Assembly: GCA_030747695.1 (NCBI GenBank)
Contig: JASLKG010000007.1
Coordinates: 2,261-66,260 of the forward strand
Reading direction: 5' to 3'
Length of the DNA: 64,000 nucleotides
Source of the DNA: Candidatus Poseidoniaceae archaeon
GTDB taxonomy: Archaea; Thermoplasmatota; Poseidoniia; Poseidoniales; Poseidoniaceae
Shown here: positions 11,201 to 19,795 of the stretch, one piece after another
Layout: each line of letters starts with the position of its first letter
How positions within the stretch are numbered: position 1 is the stretch's first letter
Program-made: the position numbers and the translations under genes
The notes under the pieces: generated by a model
The model's input: only the letters and a program-made list of their open reading frames with translations
What the model was told of the DNA's origin: nothing
Database searches by the model: none

Positions 11201-14200
11201 GTTGATTCTGACGATATTGCACATGTTTTGATGGACATGTCTGAGGGTCACGACTTGAGAACTACTGGATTTGACAAAGACCTAAACATGGCATATGATG
11301 TTGCTTCTTCGCAGTGGTCTTCTAACCACTATACTACCGACTTTGGACTCGATAATTCGGGTTCAATTTACATTACAGGTTACCATGGTGCATATCACAT
11401 GTTCAGAACCGCATCATTGCTGAATGAATGTGATAGCGATAATATAGATTGTAGTGGCGTTAGGTCTTGGAGTTCAGGTCAATCATCTATGTATGCTTCA
11501 CAACATTATCTCAACAGATTCTGGGGCGATTTTGACCACGAGATAAACTATAACAGTCCGTCAGAAGGTGCATCTTCTTCTTTTGGTACGATCGGGTATC
11601 ATAACGTTCAAGTTGCTAGTTATACGTTAAATGATAGTGCAGGGAATTATAACACTGCAGCCCTTCCTTGTGGACTGTCGTTTACTGCTTCTAGTGGCAG
11701 AATATCTGGAACTCCAAGTAATGGTTGTACTGACACTGCAAATGAAACGTATACTATTTCGGCGTGGTATGGTTCATCATATTCTCAACCGTGGAATAGA
11801 CTCCAATCTTTCGAGGTTACATTTGGAATCGGGCCTACTGTACCAGTGGTATCATACAACTCAGCAGACACTACTCAAACATACACAAGAGGAGTCGCAA
11901 TCACACCGATTGCACCAACAGGTATTACGAATAGTGCAAATCTGGACCATTTCACAACATATCCTCCTTTGCCGGCTGGATTGTCAGTGAACAGTACAGG
12001 ACACATTACCGGTACACCAACTGCTAACCAAAGCACTGCGATATTCAAGGTCAAATCTTGTAATAGTTGGAACATCTGTAGTGAAGGTGTTCCGTTTACA
12101 ATCACTATTAACGAACCTACTCCGGTAATTTCCTACCCGGATTCTGAATATGAATTCTTCAAGGATGTACCAATTGCTCCTGTAGTTCCTACGAATACTG
12201 GCGGAGTGCCTTCTTCTTGGGAGGTTTCACCCGATTTACCCACAGGTATGAGCCTTAGAGGAGACGGAGCAATCGTCGGAATACCATTCGTGGACTCGCT
12301 TGCTACAGACTACACGATATACGCAAACAATAGCGGTGGAACTGGAACCACAGTGATTGAGATTACAATTAATGGAACTGGCGTATTCATCAATTACCCA
12401 TACAATACCGCAGAATTAGCACAATATTCACCAATGATGGCATTGTATCCATCTACCTCTGGTGCAGCAGTTGTCTCTTGGAGTATTGACCCTACATTGC
12501 CTACCGGTCTCTTCTTTGGAACCAACAATGGCACCATATGGGGAACTCCAAATACCTTGGCTGAAAGCGCAGTGCATACAATTAACGCTTCTGGAGTCGA
12601 TGATTTTGGTATTGCCACAGTTACCATTTCTGTATTGTTAGACACAGATTTAGACAGCATACCTGACATCAATGATGATGATATCGATGGTGACGGTTGG
12701 ACAAACATTGATGAAACAAATTGTCAAACTGATGAGATGGATGTTAATGACTATCCAAGCGATATCGACCAAGATAGAATTTGTGACTTGTTAGATACTA
12801 ATGATGATAGAGCAATTATCGTAGTCTATCTTGCAAATGATTTGGAATTAGTAAACGACACCATTATGTCGCCACTAGTACCAATTACAGCTGGTGGAGA
12901 TATTGATACTTGGGAAATAACACCTGCTCTGCCTCTCGGTTTAGACTTTAATGGTACGATGCCAGGTAGATCAAGTTCATTCACGGGAATTATATCAGGT
13001 ACCCCTACTGAAATAAGTTCAACAACAGTCTATACGATTTGGGCGAACAATACAAATTCTGAACAGAGCGGTATGTTCCAAATAACGATTAGTGTATTGG
13101 TGGATACAGATGGTGATGGAATTCCTGATGTTGAAGATGGAGATATAGATGGGGACTCTTGGTCTAATGAGATGGAGGTTTTGTGTGCACGTGATCCACT
13201 AGATGAAAATAGCACTCCAATTGATACAGATGGTGATCAAAAGTGCAATTATGTTGATGATGATGATGATGATGATACATATATCGATACAGATGAGATA
13301 TTGTGTAATTCAGACCCAACAGATGCAACTGATGTTCCAATAGATCTTGATAATGATGGCATATGCGATGCACTCCAATCAGATATTGATCTCGATGGAT
13401 GGGCTGATGGAACTGAAGAGGCCTGTGGTTCAGATCCAAACAACGCATCTAGTATCCCTGTTGATTCAGATGGCGATGGAATTTGTGATGATTGGGACGA
13501 TGATAGAGATGGAGACAATGTTGGCAATACTGTAGATGACTTCCCTGATGATCCATCAGCATCCAGAGATACAGATGGAGATGGGAAACCGGATTCAATC
13601 TTAGGAACTTCTGAATTTGGACTTGAAGAAGACTTTGACGATGATAATGATAATTGGACAGATTACCAAGAATCTTTGTGTGGCACAAACTCGTTAGATG
13701 AATCCGAATTCCCTACCGATTCAGATGGTGATGGACTTTGTGATGCTCTAGAAGAAGATAGAGATGGAGACGATGTAGTTGATGGTGAGGATGCATTCCC
13801 TGACGATCCTAATGAATGGAGAGATACAGATGGTGATGGAATTGGCGATAATGCAGACACAGATGACGATGGAGACAATTGGCTAGATTCAGATGAGAAT
13901 GATTGTGGCACAGATCCATTAGATGCTGAAAGTATGCCTGTTGATGAAGATCAAGATGGTGTTTGTGAACAATCTGATGTCAATAACCAGGAGCCTAATG
14001 ATAATGATGATACATCTACAATGCTTTGGATTTTGGTCTGTTGTCCATTCTTGTTATTACTGTTGTTGATACCTCTGATATATAGGGCGAGAGATAGAGG
14101 TGAGTCCTTGCTTGTACTTATGGGAATGAGAAATGGCCCTGAACCAGAGAATACTACCGCAGAACCAGAATTCATTAGTGGTTCTGGGACTAAGAATGAC

Positions 14201-15100
14201 CCCTATGTCTTACGTCCAGCACATGTGGAAAACTTTGGCGATGATGCAACGAGTGAAGAAACGGTTACAATTACTAATCTAGACCCTGACACTTTAGTCT
14301 CTATTACAGATATGGCATCAAACACAAATAGGGGTCGTTTCAATATGGATCCAATCCTTGTAGAAGGAGCCCGGGAAGAGAAAGGCTCAGGCGCAATTGT
14401 GTTCCAGTTAAACTTTGATGACAATGTTACAGAAGACCAAATAAATGGAAAATATGAAGGGCAGATTAGAGTTGGTAGTTCTTCAGTATATATTCTATGG
14501 CAAGTAACTGTTGGCGATCCAGAACTCGAGGCCGCGGCCCAAGCCAAAGAAGCTGAAGAAAAGGCCGCAAAAGAAGCTGAGAAAGAAGAGTCTGAGAGAA
14601 AACTAAGAGAAGCAGAATCCAAAGCAGCAGAGGCTGAAGCCAAAGCAATAATTGCTGAAGAAAAGGCTGCTAAAGAAAAGAAGGCGAGAGAGAATGCGGA
14701 AGATGCTGCGCGCTTGGCAGCAGAAGAAGCAGCCAAAGAACGCCTTGCACAGATGGAAAAGGAAATGGATGAACGGCGAGCAAAACTTGCAGAGATGGAT
14801 GAAACTACTCGCAAAAAAGAAGAAGAGTTACTAAGGATTTCTGAAAAGGCAAAAACAATCGATTTTGCTACAATCGGAGTTGCAGATAAATCCCAAAAAG
14901 ATGATTTGAAAAAAATCAAGGGAGTGGGTCCATTTATTGAAGACAAATTGAATGCTTTAGGAATCTATACTTTTTCTCAAGTAGGCAATATGACTGCTGA
15001 AATAGAAGAACAAGTCAATGTTGCAATAGAGTTCTTCCCTGGCAGAATCCGAAGAGATGAGTGGGCTAAACAGGCACGCAAGTTTGATAGCCAAAAGTGA
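2204..15100 (+). CDS. giant (~4,300 aa) cell-surface protein: RCC1/BLIP-II repeats, beta-propellers, putative Ig repeats, TSP3-like Ca-binding repeats, one TM, cytoplasmic coiled coil + HhH domain
   Basis: Signal-like N-terminus; many 'HTCA...CWG.N..GQLG' repeats; 'P.LP.GL.....G.I.GTP' Ig repeats; DxDxDG arrays; TM MLWILVCCPFLLLLLLIPLIY; EK/EA-rich coil; DDLKKIKGVGPFIEDKLNALGIYTFSQ. Confidence 0.9.
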   Translation: MRLVSCKNTALLLTLIMVLMPMTPFADQDFNQADRNEKLNEEIVMSTGNTGNADSIAFGLQSGCAIGASGNIKCWGDGSEGQLGLGNTQNIGDSTDETGTDLPFVNLGTNASVDKIVMGEDHSCALFTNGSVKCWGESSVLGLGYSSSNGGFGDGYLETGDTLPFLQLPTNRHATMIEAGKSHTCAVMDNNDLICWGNNSKGQIGIGAVSSSESEIFGDASNEIGDNFYVTSVPTGRTIDSMALGWDHTCVVWDNYSVSCWGGNDHGQLGLDSTTDIGDGAGEMGDNLDFIDLPGTASAITAGDGFTCAIVDDSGTDKAFCWGLNDFGQLGIESTTNVGDGSGGSMSSISNADLSEEVQAIDAGEDHVCAIVLKGSSYRPVQCWGNGADGRLGYGSQDSRGTGPGSASGMGSNLPYVRLNSGNTHYAYTATDIEVGAGTSCVIKYQGNNDIICWGDNGIGQLGYGDTEDRGDGQTDLPFVTELSLKLDEEGMENSCEILGVPEHRTGLDKRLDTDSSDTGDLISMFEIPTTGCPAIAYYDSGSDNLKFAAYDNGMWSVETLGSYTRITDIDLVVDSNGIPHIMHLNATYNMGDNGEPVYTTKTNGIWTESTLQGGTITTNLSLSIDSSDSITLTRYYETAIPSYTFARDSCSTDCGTWSNWNQDSNINQDTAYFETANGHEVFIDNSQNGLYYRPGSGTSPYLVSREVSQSDTYMVASIDAAPDGTVGIAHTNDTTYKTYFSYCSSTCSTLSSWTTELVSTDTSSEVVLQYDADGTPWILLTHNTTGATLFKSDNGQWDGQAISTWPGAADSFGMIINSAGYIFTSLHLVNPGELWAVTNPAIAGAGLYIDADGDGWTGLEELSCGTDRMVSSSIPGDFDEDGRCDRMDTVNSLPSVGDSSVLTQGMDFACAILDDGEIYCWGDNTYGKLGGSGSSASWPTGFEAVDVDAGESHACALSSAGEILCWGRNNKGQIGIGSTSSSENPTLLTLPNNHVAANLAVGANHNCITTTTSQIYCWGDGEDSQTGEYYVPDTSAGYNDDFEASTAASFWTLEGSTGTFGDQWALDSTDSSSGSNSFKSSGHVSGSDVGFSITKMFMNGTVSFDYKTATCPNLNNCNDKLLFTIDGDEINSTKGQMSNWASFNTSIDSGMHTLRWSFVKDGQSNNDGGVGSDYVAVDNIQIRTGFRVESGGIVDSPEVMSLNLGGLPEEIVAGERHTCLTNHLGEIWCMGYNGGSNRMVLGNSSTTGANSSSLVQVDIGFGTNSVGTVTAGYDTSCAILDNSTQAVCWGQRDDWSDTGGSTRSGELLLGSSSPSNSGTVADLGFSYDDDFEAATISSEWTLEGSSGQWALDTTDASSGTNSFKSNNHATDSNMGFSITRTFTSGSVSFDYKTDTCPNLNQCTDRLVFTIDGVEINSSKGQMINWASFSTNITEGEHTLRWSYLKDGLAANDASGDDVAVDNIQIRTGNNDRIYSIAMGESHACAIVENTIQCWGVEESGSFGQGSSTTAAYSTPQTISVPSGWTAKQVVIEHSTDSTCGIFENSVGSSSVMCWGDETAVGYSTSNPVTAITYMIPVEDSNGDDIIPSDDSISPYDIVDLQSGSSHTCALSRQGLIKCWGSNQQGQLGIAGPGWNTIRLGDNANEMGINLPYIDLGANVTATQISVGMNHNCAIVQSTTDSSMNGKVMCWGHNNKRQTLLTGSAADHEPNPRLVNAFGNDVVKIAAANEVTCALKIDGEIHCMGRDSERAIGTTSSYYGQGPATTLEFSSSGKFIDLYASSHSAGAMCATSVSGAIKCWGQGSYISQTSVNPVVFYDVNGIISSDLSFGEQHACMVVGTTTQLHETTSPLTNAGDIVCWGDNAYGKLGIGSTTDLGTHNNILTARPIDFNGTKMTYVESSIHHNCAISVSGEVYCWGSGSDGKIGYENTNAIGDDTNELPFLNAVVLEGSAKLLALTSTSTCAVMTDNEVYCWGDGSSGRTGHENSVDIGGSSNQMGVYLAPTDLHMRPTDFDLDGTIDTWDTDDDNDGALDVDDDFRLDPCAVLDTDSDGMPDLIYPNCTTTLVEDLDDDNDNWNDTVEEACITNSKDWASIPRDLDADGTCDTIDTDDDGDGWSDVDEQACERKEWGERYLTAQSNNWGYGFMSGYGTGVVFLPNDHGHLYQTLGLDNNARQLWIYGFKESESYVLRDDIYNTGGSQQGFDYESYGQGVYVVNDEELLYLNYNSNVNHVSNSPSEIYTFDITHVDQHHDLSISSDGTVYMTTHDMIVRISSSGETEIAYPSGVSNSTSDASYKQIAVDSNGDVHLLAYHEVASRIYTWIYDTSSESWNSGIDSGSGSVSDVGPGRSSFAVDSSNQPHLALMKGSSATDSNSYLTYQFYDNSGSNWVSRFTDQTPSGYNGISLELDSNNDIHLAWVDNGNKSLYYTKLSSTSNAQSTTLVQTASGSNSYWDTSHKSLELTIGAGDDPWISWSPWLRSYNQYNKLLHFGTVTDSSLDSTVYPGDHDGDGICNMLEVATLDYGSDSLIFEMEMSVSYAPEYPAMMPTGVAISPSLPAGLTLNTTTGEISGRVTSTDFIGSTYTISTTSDVEAWNDSITIKSTMENPLYTGYQTLFTNSYSDQTSAKTAFAGNGEIVTLERYTSTSSIQVDGVDAGGNHDNNDIVLSMRDPTGDYIWAKSIRGNTFYIEDVDVDDNGNIYALFQATAHSSDPVVFNFDGVTIDNNGKETVILAKWDYYGNLQWAINTESTGTSTDGDLASISRSSDDESSEMDLDKSTGDVAIIAKGRAVNDDLKFGGMQIGPFGTCLSTIQPWVAKVNTNGQVQWTSVGKSDPTNCRATDEHQVVLHHDGSVTTAGHVNPSSNGQWDYDFGSSSAAYSGGNYAARASSWIAHADSSGNWLWAENVTTESSHSSESYEHYFTMDKYSDDTLFFAYVSSRQYCTDLEFAGSSTGSMPTQINRFCLHVATMNHTTSDVISLETRIGYHYTSNTFRSNSIYSAVDSDDIAHVLMDMSEGHDLRTTGFDKDLNMAYDVASSQWSSNHYTTDFGLDNSGSIYITGYHGAYHMFRTASLLNECDSDNIDCSGVRSWSSGQSSMYASQHYLNRFWGDFDHEINYNSPSEGASSSFGTIGYHNVQVASYTLNDSAGNYNTAALPCGLSFTASSGRISGTPSNGCTDTANETYTISAWYGSSYSQPWNRLQSFEVTFGIGPTVPVVSYNSADTTQTYTRGVAITPIAPTGITNSANLDHFTTYPPLPAGLSVNSTGHITGTPTANQSTAIFKVKSCNSWNICSEGVPFTITINEPTPVISYPDSEYEFFKDVPIAPVVPTNTGGVPSSWEVSPDLPTGMSLRGDGAIVGIPFVDSLATDYTIYANNSGGTGTTVIEITINGTGVFINYPYNTAELAQYSPMMALYPSTSGAAVVSWSIDPTLPTGLFFGTNNGTIWGTPNTLAESAVHTINASGVDDFGIATVTISVLLDTDLDSIPDINDDDIDGDGWTNIDETNCQTDEMDVNDYPSDIDQDRICDLLDTNDDRAIIVVYLANDLELVNDTIMSPLVPITAGGDIDTWEITPALPLGLDFNGTMPGRSSSFTGIISGTPTEISSTTVYTIWANNTNSEQSGMFQITISVLVDTDGDGIPDVEDGDIDGDSWSNEMEVLCARDPLDENSTPIDTDGDQKCNYVDDDDDDDTYIDTDEILCNSDPTDATDVPIDLDNDGICDALQSDIDLDGWADGTEEACGSDPNNASSIPVDSDGDGICDDWDDDRDGDNVGNTVDDFPDDPSASRDTDGDGKPDSILGTSEFGLEEDFDDDNDNWTDYQESLCGTNSLDESEFPTDSDGDGLCDALEEDRDGDDVVDGEDAFPDDPNEWRDTDGDGIGDNADTDDDGDNWLDSDENDCGTDPLDAESMPVDEDQDGVCEQSDVNNQEPNDNDDTSTMLWILVCCPFLLLLLLIPLIYRARDRGESLLVLMGMRNGPEPENTTAEPEFISGSGTKNDPYVLRPAHVENFGDDATSEETVTITNLDPDTLVSITDMASNTNRGRFNMDPILVEGAREEKGSGAIVFQLNFDDNVTEDQINGKYEGQIRVGSSSVYILWQVTVGDPELEAAAQAKEAEEKAAKEAEKEESERKLREAESKAAEAEAKAIIAEEKAAKEKKARENAEDAARLAAEEAAKERLAQMEKEMDERRAKLAEMDETTRKKEEELLRISEKAKTIDFATIGVADKSQKDDLKKIKGVGPFIEDKLNALGIYTFSQVGNMTAEIEEQVNVAIEFFPGRIRRDEWAKQARKFDSQK

Positions 15101-15122
15101 AGCGGCAAGGGATGTGGGCACC

Positions 15123-16415
15123 ATGTCTTGGTTTTCAGATTTCCTTGCAGATGTAGACTCATTGCCTGATTATGCTAAATTAGCTATTTGTGCAGGGTCA
15201 ATTGTTGTTGGATTAGTTGTAACAAAACATGCCATAACAAAACCTTGGTTGAAGATTGTCAAGGCTAGTGCTGTCGAATGGGATGACTATCTACACAGGC
15301 CATTATCAAATAGATTGAATCTTTTCGTTGTTGTTGGTGGTATTCAAATATCAATGTCATGGATCACATCATCTAGTGGATTTTACAATGATTTACAACC
15401 CTTTTTCTCAGCAATATACATTCTTCTTGCTACATCTATCTGTAGTGTTTCTGTAAAGCATTTAGTTCCAGTAATAATGGAACAATTCCAAGAGAAGGGG
15501 AGTGTCACTGTTTCGGGCAGTAATTCATTAGTTACCTTTTTCTTGAGGTTTGTACTTTATTTTGCAGGTCTATACTTTGCACTAAACGAACTTGGTATTG
15601 AATTGTTTGGAATACTTGCATCCTTAGCAGTATTCTCATTAATCATCGGATTAGCAATTCAGCAGACCTTAGGTAGTATAGTTAATTCATTCTTGCTATC
15701 GATTGATCGCCCATTTGAAGTAGGGGATAGGATTGAAATCGATGGAACAATAGGTACAGTGGTTTCAGTTGGTATTCTTTCAACAAAAATCTTAGATAGA
15801 GATGAAAGGTTAGTTGTAATTCCAAATAATGCAGTAGTTTCTTCTACATTAGTAAATCATGCGAGAGGAGGTGGAGATGGAATTGCTCGACGTATATCTG
15901 TAGTTATTGATATTGGAGTGGATTATAGGGAAGATAATGACCATGTGAAATATAATCTACTCGAGATAGGCAGAAAGTGTCCTTACACTCTTCCATCGCC
16001 AGAACCACGTGTTTTACTTAATGAACTAAGTGACTTTTCAAAGGTCTTTAGGTTGTATACTTGGGTCGAAGATTATAGTGAAGAGTGGGTTGCTAGAGAT
16101 TGGTTGTTAAAAACAATTGATATTGAATTTGCTAACGAGGATATCAATATTCCATATCCTACAACTGTTGAACTTTCAGGTGAAAGCGACAGTACAAGTG
16201 CTAAGAAATTAAAGAGCCAAAAAGTAGCAAAGAAAAAGATGACAATGGAAGATCAGCGCTTAAAGGTTGAAAGAGAAAAGACTCGTGCTGAAATCACAAA
16301 AATAACAGAGAAACTCAAGGATGCTGAGTTGTCTAAGAAACAGATTACAGATTTGGAATTCGAAGCTCGAAAATTAGAGAATCAGTTGAATATGTTTGAC
16401 ACAGATGATGATTGA
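15123..16415 (+). CDS. mscS: small-conductance mechanosensitive channel (MscS family) with C-terminal coiled coil
   Basis: IGLAIQQTLGSIVNS, DRPFEVGDRIEI, GTVVSVGILSTKI, VVIPN, INIPYP. Confidence 0.9.
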   Translation: MSWFSDFLADVDSLPDYAKLAICAGSIVVGLVVTKHAITKPWLKIVKASAVEWDDYLHRPLSNRLNLFVVVGGIQISMSWITSSSGFYNDLQPFFSAIYILLATSICSVSVKHLVPVIMEQFQEKGSVTVSGSNSLVTFFLRFVLYFAGLYFALNELGIELFGILASLAVFSLIIGLAIQQTLGSIVNSFLLSIDRPFEVGDRIEIDGTIGTVVSVGILSTKILDRDERLVVIPNNAVVSSTLVNHARGGGDGIARRISVVIDIGVDYREDNDHVKYNLLEIGRKCPYTLPSPEPRVLLNELSDFSKVFRLYTWVEDYSEEWVARDWLLKTIDIEFANEDINIPYPTTVELSGESDSTSAKKLKSQKVAKKKMTMEDQRLKVEREKTRAEITKITEKLKDAELSKKQITDLEFEARKLENQLNMFDTDDD

Positions 16416-16449
16416 AAATGATTACCAGATACAATCTATTCTGTAGAAT

Positions 16450-17265
16450 TTAGTATGATTCATCACTGTTTGGGAAATCACCACTGCGTACATCCTCACA
16501 GTATGATTTGACAGCATCAGAGATTTGGTTTTCCAAATCTAAATATCTTCTTAAAAACCGAGGCGAAAAATCAGTTGTAATTCCGAGTAAATCATGCAAA
16601 ACAAGCACTTGTCCATCGCAATCTGGGCCAGCACCAATTCCAATTGTTGGAATAGACAGAGCTTCACTAACTTGCTTTGCTAGATGTGCAGGTATTTTTT
16701 CAAGTACAATTGCAAAGCATCCAGCATCCTCAAGCACCTTTGCATCTGCGATTAATTTTACAGCTTCTTTTTCTTCCTTAGCACGTACTGAATAGGTGCC
16801 AAATTTGTAAATTGATTGTGGGGTCAATCCTAAATGTCCCATTACTGGTATACCTGCAGTGAGAATGCGTTCGATTGATTCTACAATCTCAGACCCTCCT
16901 TCTAGTTTTACAGCATGCCCATTTGCTTCTTTCATGATTCTTATTGCGCTATCGAGTGCATTTCTTGAATTACCTTGGTAGGTGCCAAATGGCATATCTA
17001 CTACAATAAGTGCTCTGTCAACAGCCCTTTCAACGCATTGTGCATGGTAAATCATGTGATCTAAACTCATAGGAACTGTAGTATCTCTGCCAGCCATTAC
17101 ATTAGATGCAGAATCTCCAACAAGGATTACATCGACACCTCCACGATCAACCAACTTTGCAAGACTGTAGTCATATGCAGTAAGCATAGTGATTTTTTCA
17201 CCTTCATGCTTCATTTCTTGAAGCGTATTTGTAGTGACTTTTCGGGCTTTACCATGTATCGACAT
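16450..17265 (-). CDS. panB: 3-methyl-2-oxobutanoate hydroxymethyltransferase
   Basis: [49 protein letters not shown]. Confidence 0.97.
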   Translation of the reverse strand: MSIHGKARKVTTNTLQEMKHEGEKITMLTAYDYSLAKLVDRGGVDVILVGDSASNVMAGRDTTVPMSLDHMIYHAQCVERAVDRALIVVDMPFGTYQGNSRNALDSAIRIMKEANGHAVKLEGGSEIVESIERILTAGIPVMGHLGLTPQSIYKFGTYSVRAKEEKEAVKLIADAKVLEDAGCFAIVLEKIPAHLAKQVSEALSIPTIGIGAGPDCDGQVLVLHDLLGITTDFSPRFLRRYLDLENQISDAVKSYCEDVRSGDFPNSDESY

Positions 17266-17302
17266 GCTCTCTGCTCCAAATTGCCTGATGTGGTTTAGGA
17301 TT

Positions 17303-18682
17303 TCAATGCTCCTTAACGCAGATATTTACTACTTCTGAGAAGAAATTGACTGACCACATGCCACCTTCTCGCCCTACACCGCTATTTTTTACTCCACCAA
17401 AGGGTACACGTAAATCACGATGCAACCACGTATTGACCCAAACCATTCCAGAATCGATTCGTTCTGCGATTTCAAATCCCCTTTCTTTTGACCATACTGA
17501 ACCTGCAAGCCCATATTCTGTACAATTAGCTATCTCAATTGCTTCATCATCAGTATCAAAAGTGTGTATTGTCACCACGGGCCCGAATATTTCTTCTGTT
17601 GCAGTTCTAGAATTGTGCGATATTCCTCCAATTACAGTTGGTTCAATCCACGAACCTGCTTTATCTGGAATATTTCCTCCAGCAATTATCGCCCCCCCTT
17701 CATCCTTAGCTAACTGGATGTACGAGAGAATTTTATTTCTATGTTCTTCACTTATTACGGGCCCAATTTCAAAATCTTTTAATTCAGACAAATAACGCGT
17801 AAGGAATTCTTCTGCAATAGAAGAATGTACTAATATTCGTGATCCACATAAACAAATTTGTCCACTATTTAGGAAAGATGCGCGTAATACACCAGGCACA
17901 GTTATGTCGAGATCAGCATCATCAAGAATAATACTCGCATTTTTACCCCCTAGTTCCAAACTTAATTTTTTGAATAAGGGAGCGGCGGTTGCAGCAACAA
18001 TTCTTCCTGTTGAGGTTCCTCCTGTGAAGGAAATGGCCTTGATATCTGGATGTGAAACAATCTCCTGTCCTACTTCTGAACCATAGCCGTGTAGTATGTT
18101 GATAACCCCTTTTGGTAATCCTATGTCTGTACAAATTTGCCCGAATAGGTGCGCTGTTAGAGGAGTAATTTCACTTGGTTTGGCAATAATTGTGTTTCCC
18201 ATTAGTAGTGCAGGTGCAATTTTCCATGTAAGGAGATATAGAGGCAGATTCCATGGTGAAATAAGACCTACTACTCCTATTGGTTTCCTTATTATATGAT
18301 TAATAGCGTCTTCCATAACAAACTCATCATCTCTAATTTCTCTACCAAATTTTGCAAAAAACCTGAAATTATTGATACTTCTTTCAGCATCAACATTCCT
18401 AGCAATATCGTATGGCTTTCCAGTATCTAAGGATTCTAGTTCTGCGATTTCTTCTATCTTGTCTTCTAGTGCATTTGCAATATTATCCAACCAATAACAT
18501 CTCTCAATAATACTAAGGCTGCCCCATTGTAATTGCGCTTCTGTTGCTGCCATTACTGCCTCATCGATTTTTTTTGTACGTGGAACTTTGGCGATAATTG
18601 TAGAATCAAGGGGGGAGATGTCATCAAATGACTCTTCAAGAAAAATGTGTTGTCCATTGACCAGGTTTTCAACTTGAATCAT
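17303..18682 (-). CDS. aldehyde dehydrogenase, 2-aminomuconate/2-hydroxymuconate semialdehyde dehydrogenase-like
   Basis: [67 protein letters not shown]: features of the ALDH8/HMSADH subfamily. Confidence 0.85.
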   Translation of the reverse strand: MIQVENLVNGQHIFLEESFDDISPLDSTIIAKVPRTKKIDEAVMAATEAQLQWGSLSIIERCYWLDNIANALEDKIEEIAELESLDTGKPYDIARNVDAERSINNFRFFAKFGREIRDDEFVMEDAINHIIRKPIGVVGLISPWNLPLYLLTWKIAPALLMGNTIIAKPSEITPLTAHLFGQICTDIGLPKGVINILHGYGSEVGQEIVSHPDIKAISFTGGTSTGRIVAATAAPLFKKLSLELGGKNASIILDDADLDITVPGVLRASFLNSGQICLCGSRILVHSSIAEEFLTRYLSELKDFEIGPVISEEHRNKILSYIQLAKDEGGAIIAGGNIPDKAGSWIEPTVIGGISHNSRTATEEIFGPVVTIHTFDTDDEAIEIANCTEYGLAGSVWSKERGFEIAERIDSGMVWVNTWLHRDLRVPFGGVKNSGVGREGGMWSVNFFSEVVNICVKEH

Positions 18683-19794
18683 ATTTCCACCTCATAGTGC
18701 CAACGGTCTCTATCGGGATCCCATTCATCCCATGTGGGAATGTTCTCTAACCTCTCATTCATATTTTCAGGAACAATTCCAGGAACAATGAAGGCTTTTT
18801 GACGATTTAATGGATATGGATTGCGCAGTTCAATACCTAGACAACCAAGAATCGATCTTGCAATATACCATGTTGCCTGAGAATTCCAACCATGTGCGAC
18901 CTTTACAACAATTCCCAAACCTTTGGGGTAATCCGAATGCTCAATGGCCATACCTAGTAATCCATCTGCCCCTTCCTTCGCGATAACTTTCCCTTCTCCT
19001 GCCTTGATAATTGTAGAATCGAGTCTATTGAAGCCACCCACAAGGTCGGGATGGAGGCACATTGCTTTCCAAATCCAATCCGAATCCTTGTCACGCACTA
19101 ATCCCGCGTAAATCTGCGCTAATTCCGAAACCGTGTTAGATACAGTTGGCAAACCACAACCATCCTTAGCAATTCGTAAAGGCTTCCATTTTCGTCCAAG
19201 AAATCTTTTTATTTGCCCTAAATATGATTCGAATACTTTGTGTGTGGGTAGTGTATAACCGGCTCTATTCCATCCCTTCTTTTTGCATCCATGTAGTATT
19301 GCGGCATGTTCTCCGCTACATGTGTGATACCAGCGTCTAGGCCTTCTTACTTGGCGCCCAAATTGAACGAGAGGTACATCGAGTGGAGTCAACATTAGTG
19401 GCCACTCTGCTTCAGATAATAGGGACTGAGCAGTCGTAACATGCTCAGTGTCACCATTATGTGATGCTACAGAAATTGCCTTTTGTTCCCAAGTACATGT
19501 CTCAAGTTCTTCAGTGAATGCTTTTAGCATAAATGGTTTCATCATGGATCTTCCATAGCAGAGCACATTGCCACCGAATGAATGTATCACTTCATCCCCG
19601 TGTGCCCAAGCGACTGCACCATGGATGGTTGTTTCACTGACTCCGTTTCTTCGATAATCTACTAGAGGCTCCCATTCTACATCTCTTCCAGTGGGAATTC
19701 CATCAACATCTTCTCCCAGTGGAGATTCAGGATAAACACCTGAACCCGGTTTACCTGGTGAAACAGCAGAGTTGGCATCATGGCGTAAAGACAT
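18679..19794 (-). CDS. class 3 (Rhizobium-type, asparaginase II) asparaginase-like hydrolase
   Basis: RSMMKP (RSxxK), ASHNG, HTCSGEH, DGCGLPT, AKEGADG. ATG lies 1 nt after the LLM stop. Confidence 0.8.
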   Translation of the reverse strand: MSLRHDANSAVSPGKPGSGVYPESPLGEDVDGIPTGRDVEWEPLVDYRRNGVSETTIHGAVAWAHGDEVIHSFGGNVLCYGRSMMKPFMLKAFTEELETCTWEQKAISVASHNGDTEHVTTAQSLLSEAEWPLMLTPLDVPLVQFGRQVRRPRRWYHTCSGEHAAILHGCKKKGWNRAGYTLPTHKVFESYLGQIKRFLGRKWKPLRIAKDGCGLPTVSNTVSELAQIYAGLVRDKDSDWIWKAMCLHPDLVGGFNRLDSTIIKAGEGKVIAKEGADGLLGMAIEHSDYPKGLGIVVKVAHGWNSQATWYIARSILGCLGIELRNPYPLNRQKAFIVPGIVPENMNERLENIPTWDEWDPDRDRWHYEVEI

Positions 19795-19795
19795 A

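Noticed and set aside
13100..13980. GAT-rich quasi-repeats and a (GAT)n run
   Set aside because: Coding consequence of Asp-rich TSP3-like repeats. The triplet run cannot cause phase variation.
14203..14946. 247-aa antisense ORF (and similar antisense ORFs at 21712-22389 and 51408-52049)
   Set aside because: Mirror frames of well-supported genes with low-complexity translations.
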